This document shows positions 54,560 to 64,000 of a DNA stretch of 64,000 nucleotides, piece by piece. Position 1 is the first letter of the stretch; the number at the start of each line of letters is the position of its first letter. Made by a program: the position numbers and the translations under genes. This DNA is from Phycisphaerae bacterium. Its GTDB lineage: Bacteria > Planctomycetota > Phycisphaerae > UBA1845 > PWPN01. The notes under the pieces are model-generated. The model saw nothing but the letters and a program-made list of their open reading frames with translations, was not told where the DNA came from and made no database searches. The stretch is from assembly GCA_018003015.1 (NCBI GenBank), contig JAGNEZ010000034.1, positions 5,085 to 69,084 of the forward strand, read 5' to 3'.

Positions 54560-55054
54560 GTGGCGTGGCTTGACAAGTTGACTGTGGTCGTCAACCGCGT
54601 GCTGATTGTGTTGGGTGGGGTTGCCGTGCTCCTGCTGATGGGCGTGGCCACGACCAACGTGGTCATGCGCCTGTTTGGCGGGAACCTCGAAGGGGCCTAC
54701 GAACTCGTTGGTTTTGCCGGGGCGGTGGCTGTCGCCTGTGCTCTGGGGGCCACCCAGCGACGGAAAGACCACATCGTGGTGGATATCATCAGCCGCTCCT
54801 ATCCTCCGGTGGTGGCGAAGCTGGTCGACTGTCTCCAGTACCTGGTCACGCTCGTTTTCTTCGCCATCATCGCCTACCAGGTATTTCGGCACGCGATGGC
54901 TTTGCGTGAGAACGGCGAGGTTTCGGAGACACTCAAGATCATCTACTATCCCTTTGTGGTCTGCGTGGCGGCAGGTTGTGCGGCCATGGTTCTCAATCTC
55001 GCGGTTGATCTGAGCAATCTTCTCGGGTGGTCCCGGCCCCGGGTGGCCTCATGA
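54560..55054 (+). CDS. TRAP transporter small permease (DctQ family)
   Basis: 164 aa with four TM segments and a GTG start. Lies between the P and M subunits; its stop overlaps the dctM-like start (ATGA). Confidence 0.8.
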   Translation: MAWLDKLTVVVNRVLIVLGGVAVLLLMGVATTNVVMRLFGGNLEGAYELVGFAGAVAVACALGATQRRKDHIVVDIISRSYPPVVAKLVDCLQYLVTLVFFAIIAYQVFRHAMALRENGEVSETLKIIYYPFVVCVAAGCAAMVLNLAVDLSNLLGWSRPRVAS

Positions 55055-56358
55055 GCGACCCGGTCCTCGGGCTCTGTGCCATTGGCATCATGGTCGTGGC
55101 CATGCTTGTGTCGCGCATGCCGGCCGCGTTCGTCATGGCCATCATCGGCTTTGTGGGGATCGCCGTGGTTCGGTCCCCTGAAGCGGCCATGGGTATCCTC
55201 CGCACCGAAGTTTGGACTTCCTTCTCCAAGTCGGAGTTCACGGTCATTCCGATGTTCATCCTGGTCGGGGAGTTCATCTTCTATGCCGGCTACAACGACC
55301 GGCTGTTCCACGCCACCTATACCTGGGCGGGCCATCGGCGTGGGGGGCTGGCCATCGCGACCATGCTGGCCTGTGCCGGTTTCTCCGCGATCTGCGGCTC
55401 CAACACCGCCACCGCCGCCACGATGAGCGCCGTGGCGATTCCGTCGATGAAGCGGTACAACTACCATGCGGTCCTCCGCAGCGGGGCGGTCGCGGCCGGG
55501 TCGACCCTGGGCGTCATGATCCCGCCGAGCATCGTGCTGGTGGTCTATGGGCTCTACACCGGCCAGTCGATCGGCAAGCTTTTTGTCGGCACGTTGATCC
55601 CCGGCGGTCTGCTCACGGTGTTCCTGTCGCTGACCGTCGTGGTGATCTGCCGTCGTCATCCCGACTGGGGTCCCGAAGGTCCCAACGCCACCTGGGGCGA
55701 GCGGCTGCGGTGTATTCCCGACGTGCTCGATATTCTGGTCCTGTTCCTGGTCATCATGTCTGCTCTGCTGTCGGGGTTCGTGACTGCGACCGAAGCGGCA
55801 GCGGTCGGCTGCACGCTGGGTCTGCTGTTCTGCCTGTTGCGCCGCCGTTTGAGCTGGCACGCTTTCACCATGGCGGTCTATGACACGCTGCGCATCTCCT
55901 GTCTGGTGTTCATGATTCTGGTTGGGGCGACGCTGTTCGGGCGATTCATGAACGTCACCGGCCTTCCCGACGCCGTCGCCCAGTGGATCGGCGGCCTGGC
56001 GTGGCCGTCCTGGGCGGTTCTGCTGACGATGCTCTTGTGCTACCTGGTCGGCGGCTGCTTCATGGATGCCCTGGCGTTCCTGCTGATTTCGTTGCCGATC
56101 TTCTCGCCGCTGGTGGCCAAGATGGGCTACGATCCGGTCTGGTTTGGCGAGGTCATCTGCCTGGTGACGACTCTGGGCGCGATCACCCCGCCGGTCGGCA
56201 TTTCCTGCTTCGTCGTGGCGGGCATGTCCAAAGAGGTGCCCATGGAGCAGGTGTTCAAAGGGGCGCTTTACTACCTTCCAGCGTACATCATTACCTTCCT
56301 CCTGATGCTGCTTTCCCCGTACTGGACTGTCCTGGCTTGGTCCAACCTGTCGCGATGA
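55051..56358 (+). CDS. TRAP transporter large permease (DctM family)
   Basis: About 435 aa polytopic protein. Start at MSDPVLGL (ATG 55051), overlapping the dctQ stop. DctM-like segments FSAICGSNTATAATM and GAITPPVGISCFV. Confidence 0.85.
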   Translation: MSDPVLGLCAIGIMVVAMLVSRMPAAFVMAIIGFVGIAVVRSPEAAMGILRTEVWTSFSKSEFTVIPMFILVGEFIFYAGYNDRLFHATYTWAGHRRGGLAIATMLACAGFSAICGSNTATAATMSAVAIPSMKRYNYHAVLRSGAVAAGSTLGVMIPPSIVLVVYGLYTGQSIGKLFVGTLIPGGLLTVFLSLTVVVICRRHPDWGPEGPNATWGERLRCIPDVLDILVLFLVIMSALLSGFVTATEAAAVGCTLGLLFCLLRRRLSWHAFTMAVYDTLRISCLVFMILVGATLFGRFMNVTGLPDAVAQWIGGLAWPSWAVLLTMLLCYLVGGCFMDALAFLLISLPIFSPLVAKMGYDPVWFGEVICLVTTLGAITPPVGISCFVVAGMSKEVPMEQVFKGALYYLPAYIITFLLMLLSPYWTVLAWSNLSR

Positions 56359-56969
56359 TCAGACATCTCGGGGGTTCGCGGCTGGTCCGCGTTCACCCAC
56401 CGACCGAGCAACGGTGGCTGTCCTGGACACCCCCTACTTCATCTCGGTTTGATCTCTGTGCGGCGCAGCTGGGCCTGCGGGTTCGAATCGGGGACCATTT
56501 CGACTCGATGCTCTTGTGCCCAAGGTACTGGAAGGCAAGGTTTCGCGCCGAGGAACAGGGTCATTCCGTGGACCGATCGACCGGAATCGTCGCGAGGTCA
56601 TGCGTCACCTGGTAGGTTTTTTTCTGCCTCACCAGGGCGGTGGCGTCATTCCAGCGCCCCTCCGTCACACGCATGGCAGGCAGGTGCGGCATTGAACGGG
56701 CGATCCCTCAAGGGGCCAGCGGCTTGTGGGCGAGGTCGTCCATGGACTCGGTGTTCTTGCCGCGTGCGACGGGGGTGGGGCGCGGGCTTGTTGCCCATAT
56801 AAGGCCCACCGCATCGAACCGGGATGAACACCGAGTAGGCGCGGTGGACGGGACAAGATATACTGAATGCGTGCCGGGAGAAGTAAGCCGTGCACATCGC
56901 CCAATCTGCACGGTGAAGTCGCTGGGGTGGCTGTACGACAAATCACTTTCTCATGTAAGGAGGTTTGAG

Positions 56970-59129
56970 ATGCAGAAGCGCGGGCGCTGGCTGGCGGGCC
57001 TTGCTCTGACCCTCGTCTGGGGATCGAGCGGCTACGCCCAAGTGATCGGGGACTGGGAAAACGGATCGATGGATGGGTGGGCGGTCTCGGGGGGCGCGCC
57101 CGCAGGTACGACGGTCGATTTCAGCACGACCGGGGTGACGCGAGGCGCCTCGGCGCTCAAAGTGACGGCCGGGGCGAGCGGCTACCAGCAGGTTCTGGCC
57201 ATTTCGCTGAACGATCCGGCAGGGCTGGATGCCTTCTTCGGCAACAACCAGTTCGATGTCAACGTGACCCGGGTGGCGTCCGAGTGGGTTGGGGCGACGA
57301 GTTGGTGGAACGGCCTGCACCTGATCATCAATGCCAGTTCGGATCTGGGGGGCATCTGGCAGGATCTTGGCTGGTCGGGCGGGTGGAACAACGGGAACGG
57401 CACCGCCACGGTGACGGCCTCGTGGGATTACAGTGCCGTGAAGGCCTTGCTTGACAGGAACACCATCACCTACCTCGAACTGGTGATCGTCACGAACTTT
57501 GACACCGCTTTCACCGCTTGGGGCTCGCACTACCTGGACGATGCGCACTTCACGCAAGGCTGGCCCGGGATTAGCGACTGGGAGGATCGGGCAGACGGCT
57601 GGTCAAGCTGGGGGGCGACCACGCCCTTCACTTACAGTGCGACCGGGGCAACACTGAACACGCGAAGCCTGAAGATGCAGAACGCCGTCGGGGGCTGGAG
57701 GAATGCGATCGCTTACAGCATCACGGGCCATGGCCAGGTCGCGCAGTTTCTGGCCAGCGACATCTTCGCTGTCGACGTGACGCGGCTGGTCGCTGACTGG
57801 ACACCGGATCCGGCGGCGACGAGCAAGGGTGCCAGCCTGATGCTGGTCGTGAACTACGGCGGCAGCCTCAGTGGCAGAGGCTGGCGAATGATCGGCGAAG
57901 TGGCCTCGTGGGATGGTACGGCGGACTCGACCGTCACCGCGGCATGGGACTACGCCTTTCTCAAGGCCGACATCCCAGTTGACACCGGCTGGCTCGAGCT
58001 CGTGCTTGTCACCAACACGTGGGGGTACACCGGCACGGCCACGTACTACCTGGACAACGCCCGCTTCGCGGCCGGGCCGGCGGGGCGATACACGATCAAC
58101 GAGTTCGACACGGCTGAGGAGGCCGCTCAGTGGCATATCAACAACGACAACTTGCCGGGGGCCGTGGTGGAATGGGACCCGACGGTTGACTTCGATGGTG
58201 GGGCGTGTGGTCCAGATGGCAACCCCCTCCCCGGCGGGGCCAATCCCTGCTCCGGTTCTCTCAAGGTCACCGTGCCCTGGACGCCGACCGGGGACGATGG
58301 CGTAGTGATTCAGCGTGACATGTTCCCTCAAGGCGTAGACCTGACCGAGTACACGGTCTTCGAAGCCAGTGCCAAGCACGATCCTAGTTCGCCGGCGTAC
58401 CAGTGGGGGGGGGCTGGGTGGAGCAACTGGATCTTCCAGAGCACCGGCTGGAGCTGGGACGGGATAGCTCACGGCAACCTCAACAACACGGGTGACCGTT
58501 CGCTGAACGACTGGACGTCTTACGATACCGTCTGGAACGGCCTGCCGAATCCGGCGCCGCCGCGGGACATGGTCCGAGCCATCGTATTCCAGCTCGGCGG
58601 AGTGAGAGACGTGCAGGTCGATGGTGCGAATGGAACCACCATCTTCTGGATCGACAACATCCGCCTTGGCCGCGATCGCTCCTGCCAGGACCCGCTCCAC
58701 TGCGTGTTGTGCGGCGACCTCACCGATACCGACGGGGACGGACGCACGGACGTCTGTCAGAGCGAGAATCCTGACTGCCACGGCACCATCTACTGCCCGA
58801 TGGAGACCGAGTGCAGCAATGGGCTCGACGATGACGGTGACGGTCTGATCGACTGTGCCGACTCCGACTGTGCCATGAGCCACAACTGCCTCTACCACGA
58901 CCCATTTGCGGATATTGACGGTGACGGCGACGTGGATCAGCTTGATTTTGGCGAGTTTCAGCTCTGTTTCACGGGGGATATGCAGGGGCCCCCGGCGATG
59001 GGCTGCGGCACGCTGGATCGGGACAACGACGCGGACGTGGACGCCATGGATCTGGCCAAGTTCCAGGACTGCTTCAGTGGACCGATGGTCCCGGCTGACA
59101 AGGCCTGTGACGGCATCGAACCGCCTTGA
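56970..59129 (+). CDS. Secreted protein with three CBM-like beta-sandwich modules, a Cys/Asp-rich segment and C-terminal dockerin-like repeats
   Basis: TAAGGAGGT precedes ATG 56970. Signal peptide LAGLALTLVWGSSGYA. Three modules each open with a (D/E)WE..xDGW-type motif and end YLDxAxF / WIDNIRLG. Then DTDGDGRTDVC ... NGLDDDGDGLIDCADSDC, then DIDGDGDVDQLDFGEFQLCFTG ... DRDNDADVDAMDLAKFQDCFSGP. Confidence 0.75.
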   Translation: MQKRGRWLAGLALTLVWGSSGYAQVIGDWENGSMDGWAVSGGAPAGTTVDFSTTGVTRGASALKVTAGASGYQQVLAISLNDPAGLDAFFGNNQFDVNVTRVASEWVGATSWWNGLHLIINASSDLGGIWQDLGWSGGWNNGNGTATVTASWDYSAVKALLDRNTITYLELVIVTNFDTAFTAWGSHYLDDAHFTQGWPGISDWEDRADGWSSWGATTPFTYSATGATLNTRSLKMQNAVGGWRNAIAYSITGHGQVAQFLASDIFAVDVTRLVADWTPDPAATSKGASLMLVVNYGGSLSGRGWRMIGEVASWDGTADSTVTAAWDYAFLKADIPVDTGWLELVLVTNTWGYTGTATYYLDNARFAAGPAGRYTINEFDTAEEAAQWHINNDNLPGAVVEWDPTVDFDGGACGPDGNPLPGGANPCSGSLKVTVPWTPTGDDGVVIQRDMFPQGVDLTEYTVFEASAKHDPSSPAYQWGGAGWSNWIFQSTGWSWDGIAHGNLNNTGDRSLNDWTSYDTVWNGLPNPAPPRDMVRAIVFQLGGVRDVQVDGANGTTIFWIDNIRLGRDRSCQDPLHCVLCGDLTDTDGDGRTDVCQSENPDCHGTIYCPMETECSNGLDDDGDGLIDCADSDCAMSHNCLYHDPFADIDGDGDVDQLDFGEFQLCFTGDMQGPPAMGCGTLDRDNDADVDAMDLAKFQDCFSGPMVPADKACDGIEPP

Positions 59130-59135
59130 GGTAGT

Positions 59136-59166
59136 CGTCCGGCGAGAGAACCGCGCCGGCCGGACG
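59136..59166. terminator. Hairpin between convergent genes (weak bidirectional terminator candidate)
   Basis: CGTCCGGC (59136-59143) pairs with GCCGGACG (59159-59166) around a 15-nt loop. It lies between the stop at 59129 (+) and the stop at 59217 (-). There is no clear U-tract. Confidence 0.25.
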
Positions 59167-59216
59167 GGTAACAGCCTGACGCACGAGCGAGGACTGCAGC
59201 CCAACACGAGTTCCCG

Positions 59217-62200
59217 CTATCGAACAAGTCGGATGGCGTGTTTCGGCCCGAATGAAGCGCGGCCAACCGCTTCGATCCCGATGAGGAGATCGGTCGGAAG
59301 TGCTCCGTCCGCGGGTGCGACGATCGCATCGTCGACGATGGTGGAGCCCTGGTGATCCACGGAGCCGGGCAGGGGTATTCTGCGAAGGTGATCTCCCTCG
59401 CGGATCACCAGCACGACGGAGCCCTGTCGCCCAACGTCTTGGCCGGAACTGAGCCAGCGGGCTTCCCCCAGATTGGTGAGTGTCACCCGTAGCCGCGTGG
59501 CGACATCGCCACGGAGCTTGATCGAGGCTCCGTTGTCGAGTGTGGACCATCTACCGTCGGCACCTTCCACTTCGACCGAGTCAAATGCGGCATCGAGGTA
59601 TTTCGGCGGATTGGGCTCGCTGTGGGGTACGTTGCCGATCGCGTCCAGGGGGCACTCGGCGGAGGTCGTGGCTGTGCCCAGGGTTCGAAGACCCGGGGTC
59701 CGGCCGGTCTCGATCGCTTTCCAGAACTCGTCCTTGGCCGCGTCATAGATCCCGGAAACGCCGTCGGGGTGCCGGTCGCGGTCGATTTCGATCCAATGGT
59801 CGATGGGTTTGGGCAGGGGGGCGTTGAGGAATGGGCTGGCTTGTTCTCGGATGACCAGGGTCACCGGGCGGTCGGAGCCATCCGGGTTGATGATGCCGTA
59901 GTCGCTGGCCTCGTGGCAGCGGAAGCCGCCGGGGTACCACCAGAAGAACACGCCGTCGGATCCGCTGGCGATGAACATTCGGTACAGGTCGCGGTAGAGC
60001 TGGGCCTGGAAGGTCAGGAGGGAGGGCGAGGGGGCCATGGTGCCGAGATCCCAGACGTGGACCCCGGCCTCGGCCCAGATGACCGGCCGGTTCGGTCCTG
60101 CCCAGCGGGCGTAGGCCACTTGGAACCAACCCGGCTTCACCTTCTCCCAATTGCCGATTCGGCCATAGGCTTCGGGAGCCAGGAAGTCGACGGCCGCCGC
60201 CAGGTATGGGAAGTCATAGGTGATCCGGCCGTTCCATCGGTACGTCGGGCAAGCGGCGTCGGCCATGCGGAAGCTGACCAGGTGATTGGGGTCGATCTCG
60301 CGGACCCGATGCCGGGCGTGGCCGTACTTGTGATACAGCAGGGTGTCGAGGAATCGCCGGTAGGCCGCGGTCATGGCGCGCCATGGTCCGTTGGTGTCGA
60401 TCTGCTCCGGCGGGGGGCTGGTGATCGTGCCGGCGGCATCGCGCGGCGCAGGTGCCTGCCAGTGTTTCTCGGCAGCATCGATGCTCCCGTAGCGCTCCAC
60501 GATCCACTGTTCCCAGTGGCGGTCCCAGATTCTGCGTTCCTCGCGGGTACCGAAGGTCGGTTCCCAATCCAGGTCGTACGCGAAGATCGTGTCGTTATCC
60601 CTCAGGTGGTTGAACTCGATGATCTCTTTCATCAGCGGCCAGCAAGGGGTGAAGTTCTTGGGTGAGCCGGGGCGCAATGACAGGTTGGCTCTCAGATCCA
60701 GGTTTTCCAGTCGGCGGAGCAGGTCGAGCAGGTTCTGGTCGCGGATGGCCTGGTGGTAGACGAAGATGCTGACCGAGTTGAGCCCCAAGGCCTTGATTCG
60801 TTCGAGGTCTCGTTGCGCGATCTCGGGGTCGTAGGACCGCCTGCCGAGCCAGTTCTCGAAGTAGGCGGCGTCCTCGGTGCCGATTCCCGACGATGGCATG
60901 TAGTTGACGCCGTGGGCCCGCCAGGGCTTGCCGTCGAGCGTGAAGTGGCCGTCCTGGGTGGTGAGGAAGTGTTTCTCCTGCCGGGACTCGCAGGCCTGGG
61001 CCTCGGAAACGACGCGGTCGATGACTGCGCCTCCGAGCAGCAGCTCCGCGCAGACCTTGAGTCCCTTCCGCGGCCAGGCGGCTGGCTTCCAGGTCGCTTC
61101 CACCGATGCTATCCGGTCACCGTCGAAATGGATGGGCCAGCTTTTCTGCCAGACTTTGTGGCCGTTGTCGTTGTTGCACAGGGTGACGCGTGCCTCGACC
61201 GGTCCGGGTTCTCCCGAGTTGGCCTGAAAGGCTCGCACGCCCATCCGCATGGACTGGTTCGGGAAGTAGGCGAAATGATCGGTCCCGCCATCGAGCAGGA
61301 GCGTGCCCCGCCTCATCCACCGGGCGACTCGGCCGATCGTCCGAATGGCCTCCGGGTGCCTGTACCAATCGTTGTCGGCGATTCCGAACGACGCCCAGAT
61401 CGCGCCCTTGTGTGGCCCGTCGGCGTGGCCGATCAGTGTGGCGGGGGTGCCTCGCCATTGTCCGTTGGCGGTGCGAGCCTCGATGAGTGGGATCCAGCGC
61501 CAAGTTCGGTTGGAGTCGAAGCCGCCGCCGCGTGGTCGGGGGTGTGGCGAGCGAAGACTGGCCGGGACGGTGAAGACGGCCGGCTCGATGATGGCCTGGT
61601 CATCGCGGACGACGAGGGTGCGGACACCGTGGCAGTCGAACAGCTTGTAGACCGGGGCGAGGGTTTCCAGGCGCGGCAGGGTGGCGGTGGTGCAGAGCTG
61701 GTCATGTTCCGGTCTGGCCATGGCGGTGCCGAACGGTCCGATCCAGTACTCGTGTGGGCCGCTGCCGACGCTGCGGGTGTGGCTGGCGGCTAGGCCGACG
61801 AAGAGGGCGTTGGCGTTCTCAGGTCGGAACGGGCCCGCGGACCGCGCCGGGACGCTTTCCCAGTACCGGAAATCGCGCGGTGTGAGCACATATTGCCGCC
61901 ACTCCGGAGCAAGGGCGACGACAGCGATCCAGCGGGATCCATCCTTTTCTCGCCATTCGATCGCGAGTTCGCGGGTGTTCGGTCCGCCGCGGGCGGCGAA
62001 GATCGTGAGGGTGTGCCCCGGCGGGAACGGCGCGGCGAGGTTTTCCTGTCCGTGTGTGTCCCAGTTCTCCATTTTGGCACAGGTCACGTGCAAGGCTCGT
62101 CGCCCGGCTCGGGGGCCCTGGTCGGTCGTCTCCGCAGTGGCGACGCCGTCGCCGGGCCCGTGGGTGCGTATCCATCGGGCGATGCTCGGTGGCGTGAAGT

Positions 62201-62648
62201 CGAAGACGACGTGAGGAGGCAGATCACCGGCATGTGACCGCTGGTAGTCCTCGCGAGACATCCAGCGTCCCTCGGCCGGGATCACGGCTTGTTCCCAGAG
62301 CGGGGTCTTGAGGGCGATGATGTCGCCGCCCGACCGGGCGAAGGTCTCGATGGGCCCGGCCGCGGCGTCCGGCAGCGTATTCCCATTCGCCAGGGCGAGC
62401 AGATCGAACTGGCCGGCGCTGAAGCGAGCGGGGTCGCACAATGCGGTCGCGTCCAGTTCGGCGACCTCGTACCCGGCCTGTCGAAGCTCGGTTCCGAGTG
62501 CGGCCACCAGGTCGGGGTCTTCGCCGGGCAGTCCCGTGCGGGACAATGCCGCCCGGGGCGGGTGGGCTGGACTCGGCTCGAGCGGGAAGGCAAGACTTAC
62601 CATCGACACGAGGGCGACGAGGGACGCTCGGTGTGTGTGGATCTGCAT
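59217..62648 (-). CDS. Large secreted glycoside-hydrolase-like protein (clan GH-A-type TIM barrel candidate)
   Basis: Start at MQIHTHRASLVALVSMVSLA (ATG 62648, AAGGAG upstream). The middle region WRAHGVNYMPSSGIG ... DLERIKALGLNSVSIFVYH ... FAYDLDWEPTFG looks like a GH2/GH5-type barrel. The family is not resolved by eye. Confidence 0.5.
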   Translation of the reverse strand: MQIHTHRASLVALVSMVSLAFPLEPSPAHPPRAALSRTGLPGEDPDLVAALGTELRQAGYEVAELDATALCDPARFSAGQFDLLALANGNTLPDAAAGPIETFARSGGDIIALKTPLWEQAVIPAEGRWMSREDYQRSHAGDLPPHVVFDFTPPSIARWIRTHGPGDGVATAETTDQGPRAGRRALHVTCAKMENWDTHGQENLAAPFPPGHTLTIFAARGGPNTRELAIEWREKDGSRWIAVVALAPEWRQYVLTPRDFRYWESVPARSAGPFRPENANALFVGLAASHTRSVGSGPHEYWIGPFGTAMARPEHDQLCTTATLPRLETLAPVYKLFDCHGVRTLVVRDDQAIIEPAVFTVPASLRSPHPRPRGGGFDSNRTWRWIPLIEARTANGQWRGTPATLIGHADGPHKGAIWASFGIADNDWYRHPEAIRTIGRVARWMRRGTLLLDGGTDHFAYFPNQSMRMGVRAFQANSGEPGPVEARVTLCNNDNGHKVWQKSWPIHFDGDRIASVEATWKPAAWPRKGLKVCAELLLGGAVIDRVVSEAQACESRQEKHFLTTQDGHFTLDGKPWRAHGVNYMPSSGIGTEDAAYFENWLGRRSYDPEIAQRDLERIKALGLNSVSIFVYHQAIRDQNLLDLLRRLENLDLRANLSLRPGSPKNFTPCWPLMKEIIEFNHLRDNDTIFAYDLDWEPTFGTREERRIWDRHWEQWIVERYGSIDAAEKHWQAPAPRDAAGTITSPPPEQIDTNGPWRAMTAAYRRFLDTLLYHKYGHARHRVREIDPNHLVSFRMADAACPTYRWNGRITYDFPYLAAAVDFLAPEAYGRIGNWEKVKPGWFQVAYARWAGPNRPVIWAEAGVHVWDLGTMAPSPSLLTFQAQLYRDLYRMFIASGSDGVFFWWYPGGFRCHEASDYGIINPDGSDRPVTLVIREQASPFLNAPLPKPIDHWIEIDRDRHPDGVSGIYDAAKDEFWKAIETGRTPGLRTLGTATTSAECPLDAIGNVPHSEPNPPKYLDAAFDSVEVEGADGRWSTLDNGASIKLRGDVATRLRVTLTNLGEARWLSSGQDVGRQGSVVLVIREGDHLRRIPLPGSVDHQGSTIVDDAIVAPADGALPTDLLIGIEAVGRASFGPKHAIRLVR

Positions 62649-62787
62649 GAGGGGATGTCTCCTTGGTGGCCTCGAGACGAAGGATGTTGTAACCTGATTC
62701 GACGGCCGGGACCAGCGTGCCGCGTGGCTGTGTCGGGAGGCGCAGGAGCCGGCGTTGGAGGTCCTTTCGGCGTCAGAGGAGGAATAC

Positions 62788-64000
62788 GATGCCTCGCGCG
62801 TACCTCGTTGTTTTGGTTGGAGCGGCGATGTCGGTTGTGCTTTTGTGGTCATTTCCTTGTGCGGTGGCCGAGGAGCCCTCCCCCCCGGCTGCCGGTCCGA
62901 TGGCTGCGAGCGGTGATGCCTTGTGGGATCTGGCTCGGCGCCATGCTCCGAGCATCCGCTTCTCCACGCTTTTCACGGCCGAAGATGTTCGTCATCACCT
63001 GGGTGGCCCGGAGGCCGTGAACCGGGCGATGCGCTGGTGCAAGGACACCGGTGTCACCCATGTGTATCTGGAGAGCTTCCGGGGTGGCTACACGGCCCCG
63101 AAGGCGTTGCTGCTCAACGCCAAGAAAGCGTTTGCCGACGCCGGCTTTCTGGTCAGCGGCTGTGTCACCACCGTCGGCATCGGCCGCAAGCCTTCCGACG
63201 GCTGGCTGTTTCCCTGTTTCAGCGAGCCGGCCGGCCAGGCCAAGCTGGCGGAGGTCTTCGGGTACGCCGCCGAGCTGTTCGACGAGGTCATGATCGACGA
63301 TTTCTTCGCCACCCAGTGCGAGTGCCCCGATTGTGTCAAGGGGCGCGGCGACAAGCCCTGGGCCGAGTATCGATGCGATCTGCTCATGGACGTTTCCCAG
63401 CGGTTTGTCCTGGAGCCGGCCCGGAAGGCCAATCCCAAGGTGAAGCTGATCCTGAAGTATCCCCAGTGGTACGAGCAGTTTCACAAGCGCGGTTACGAGG
63501 TTGTTCGCCAGACGAGACTCTACGACAAGATCTGGGTGGGCACCGAGACGCGTGAGCCGGACAGCAAGGAATGGGGTCGCAAGAGCCAGTACGAAGCTTA
63601 CTTTATCATGCGCTGGCTGGGCGCGATTGGCGGCCCCAAGTGCGGCGGCGGATGGTTCGATCCCTACGGGACCAAGCCGGCCACCTACGTCGAGCAGGCT
63701 CGCCAGACCATCCTGGGGGGAGCGGGCGAGGCGGTGCTGTTCTGCTACGGTTCGCTGCAGAACGAGACCGGACCAGCCAACGTGAAGGCTTTGCGACAGG
63801 AAATGCCCCGGCTGTTCCGTCTGGCGGAACTGGTGCGCGGCCTGACGCCGCGGGGGATTGCCGCTCCCAAGCCGCCCAACAGCGATGCGGAGGGTGACGA
63901 GTACGTCTATGACTACCTGGGCTTGCTCGGCTTGCCCTTGGTGCCGTCGGGCGAGATTCGTGTCGATGTGCCGTGCGCGTTCCTGCCTCGGCAAGCGTTG
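62788..64000 (+). CDS. Secreted hypothetical protein, possible TIM-barrel glycosidase-like (partial; runs off the right edge)
   Basis: Absent from the ORF track because it has no stop in the window. GAGGAGGAA precedes ATG 62788. Translation reads MPRAYLVVLVGAAMSVVLLWSFPCAVAEEPSPP ... TGVTHVYLESFRGGY ... VMIDDFFATQCECPDCVKGRGDKPW ... ILKYPQWYEQF. The frame is open to position 64000. Confidence 0.6.

Noticed and set aside
56477-56494. GCGGGTTCGAATCGGGG, which resembles a tRNA T-arm. A similar GGGTTCGATTTCAGG occurs at 16219-16233.
   Set aside because: The 3' half does not complement the 5' half (CGGGG rather than CCCGC), and no acceptor, D or anticodon arms can be built around it. No tRNA genes were found anywhere in the window.
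56359-56969. 610-bp spacer after the TRAP operon, containing a hairpin CCTGGTAGG-ttttttt-CTGCCTCACCAGG (about 56610-56640) and several short ORFs.
   Set aside because: The T-run sits in the loop rather than after the stem, so it is not a canonical intrinsic terminator. The ORFs lack ribosome-binding sites and motifs. I found no riboswitch or sRNA signature that I could support.

Overview
GC-rich bacterial chromosomal segment. By eye about two-thirds G+C, with GGAGG-type ribosome-binding sites. The gene content (PEP-CTERM giant protein, secreted proteins with dockerin-like C-termini, DUF2961/DUF1343 enzymes) suggests a Planctomycetota/PVC-type organism; that is inference only. Left to right: the end of a polysaccharide ABC-export operon (GT2, Wzt-like ATPase, Wzm-like permease); ftsK; aqpZ; an IS630-type transposase relic; a 2055-aa PEP-CTERM surface protein built from near-identical 561/573-nt tandem repeats; an NCS1-like permease; a GT-C-like membrane protein; pheS-pheT; dnaE; two orphan secreted proteins (one dockerin-tailed, one RGG/GFG-rich with an EF-hand); a GH29-like enzyme; a small cysteine-free S/T/Q-rich protein behind a sigma-54-like promoter; tdk; asnA; a SAM methyltransferase; asd; araB-araD-araA; an eight-gene chemotaxis operon (cheA-cheW-cheD-HDOD-cheY-cheX-cheR-cheB); a DUF2961(GH172)-DUF1343(NamZ-like)-TRAP operon; and a glycan-related block of secreted proteins. 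No rRNA, tRNA, CRISPR array or recognisable defence system was found. The most unusual items are: (1) a CheA with a tandem MshEN/T2SSE_N-like motif pair where P2 normally sits, in an operon that also holds an HDOD gene; (2) the recombining repeat array in the PEP-CTERM gene; (3) the NamZ-like/TRAP linkage; (4) the orphan low-complexity secreted proteins. All family calls come from motif recognition by eye; no database search was run.
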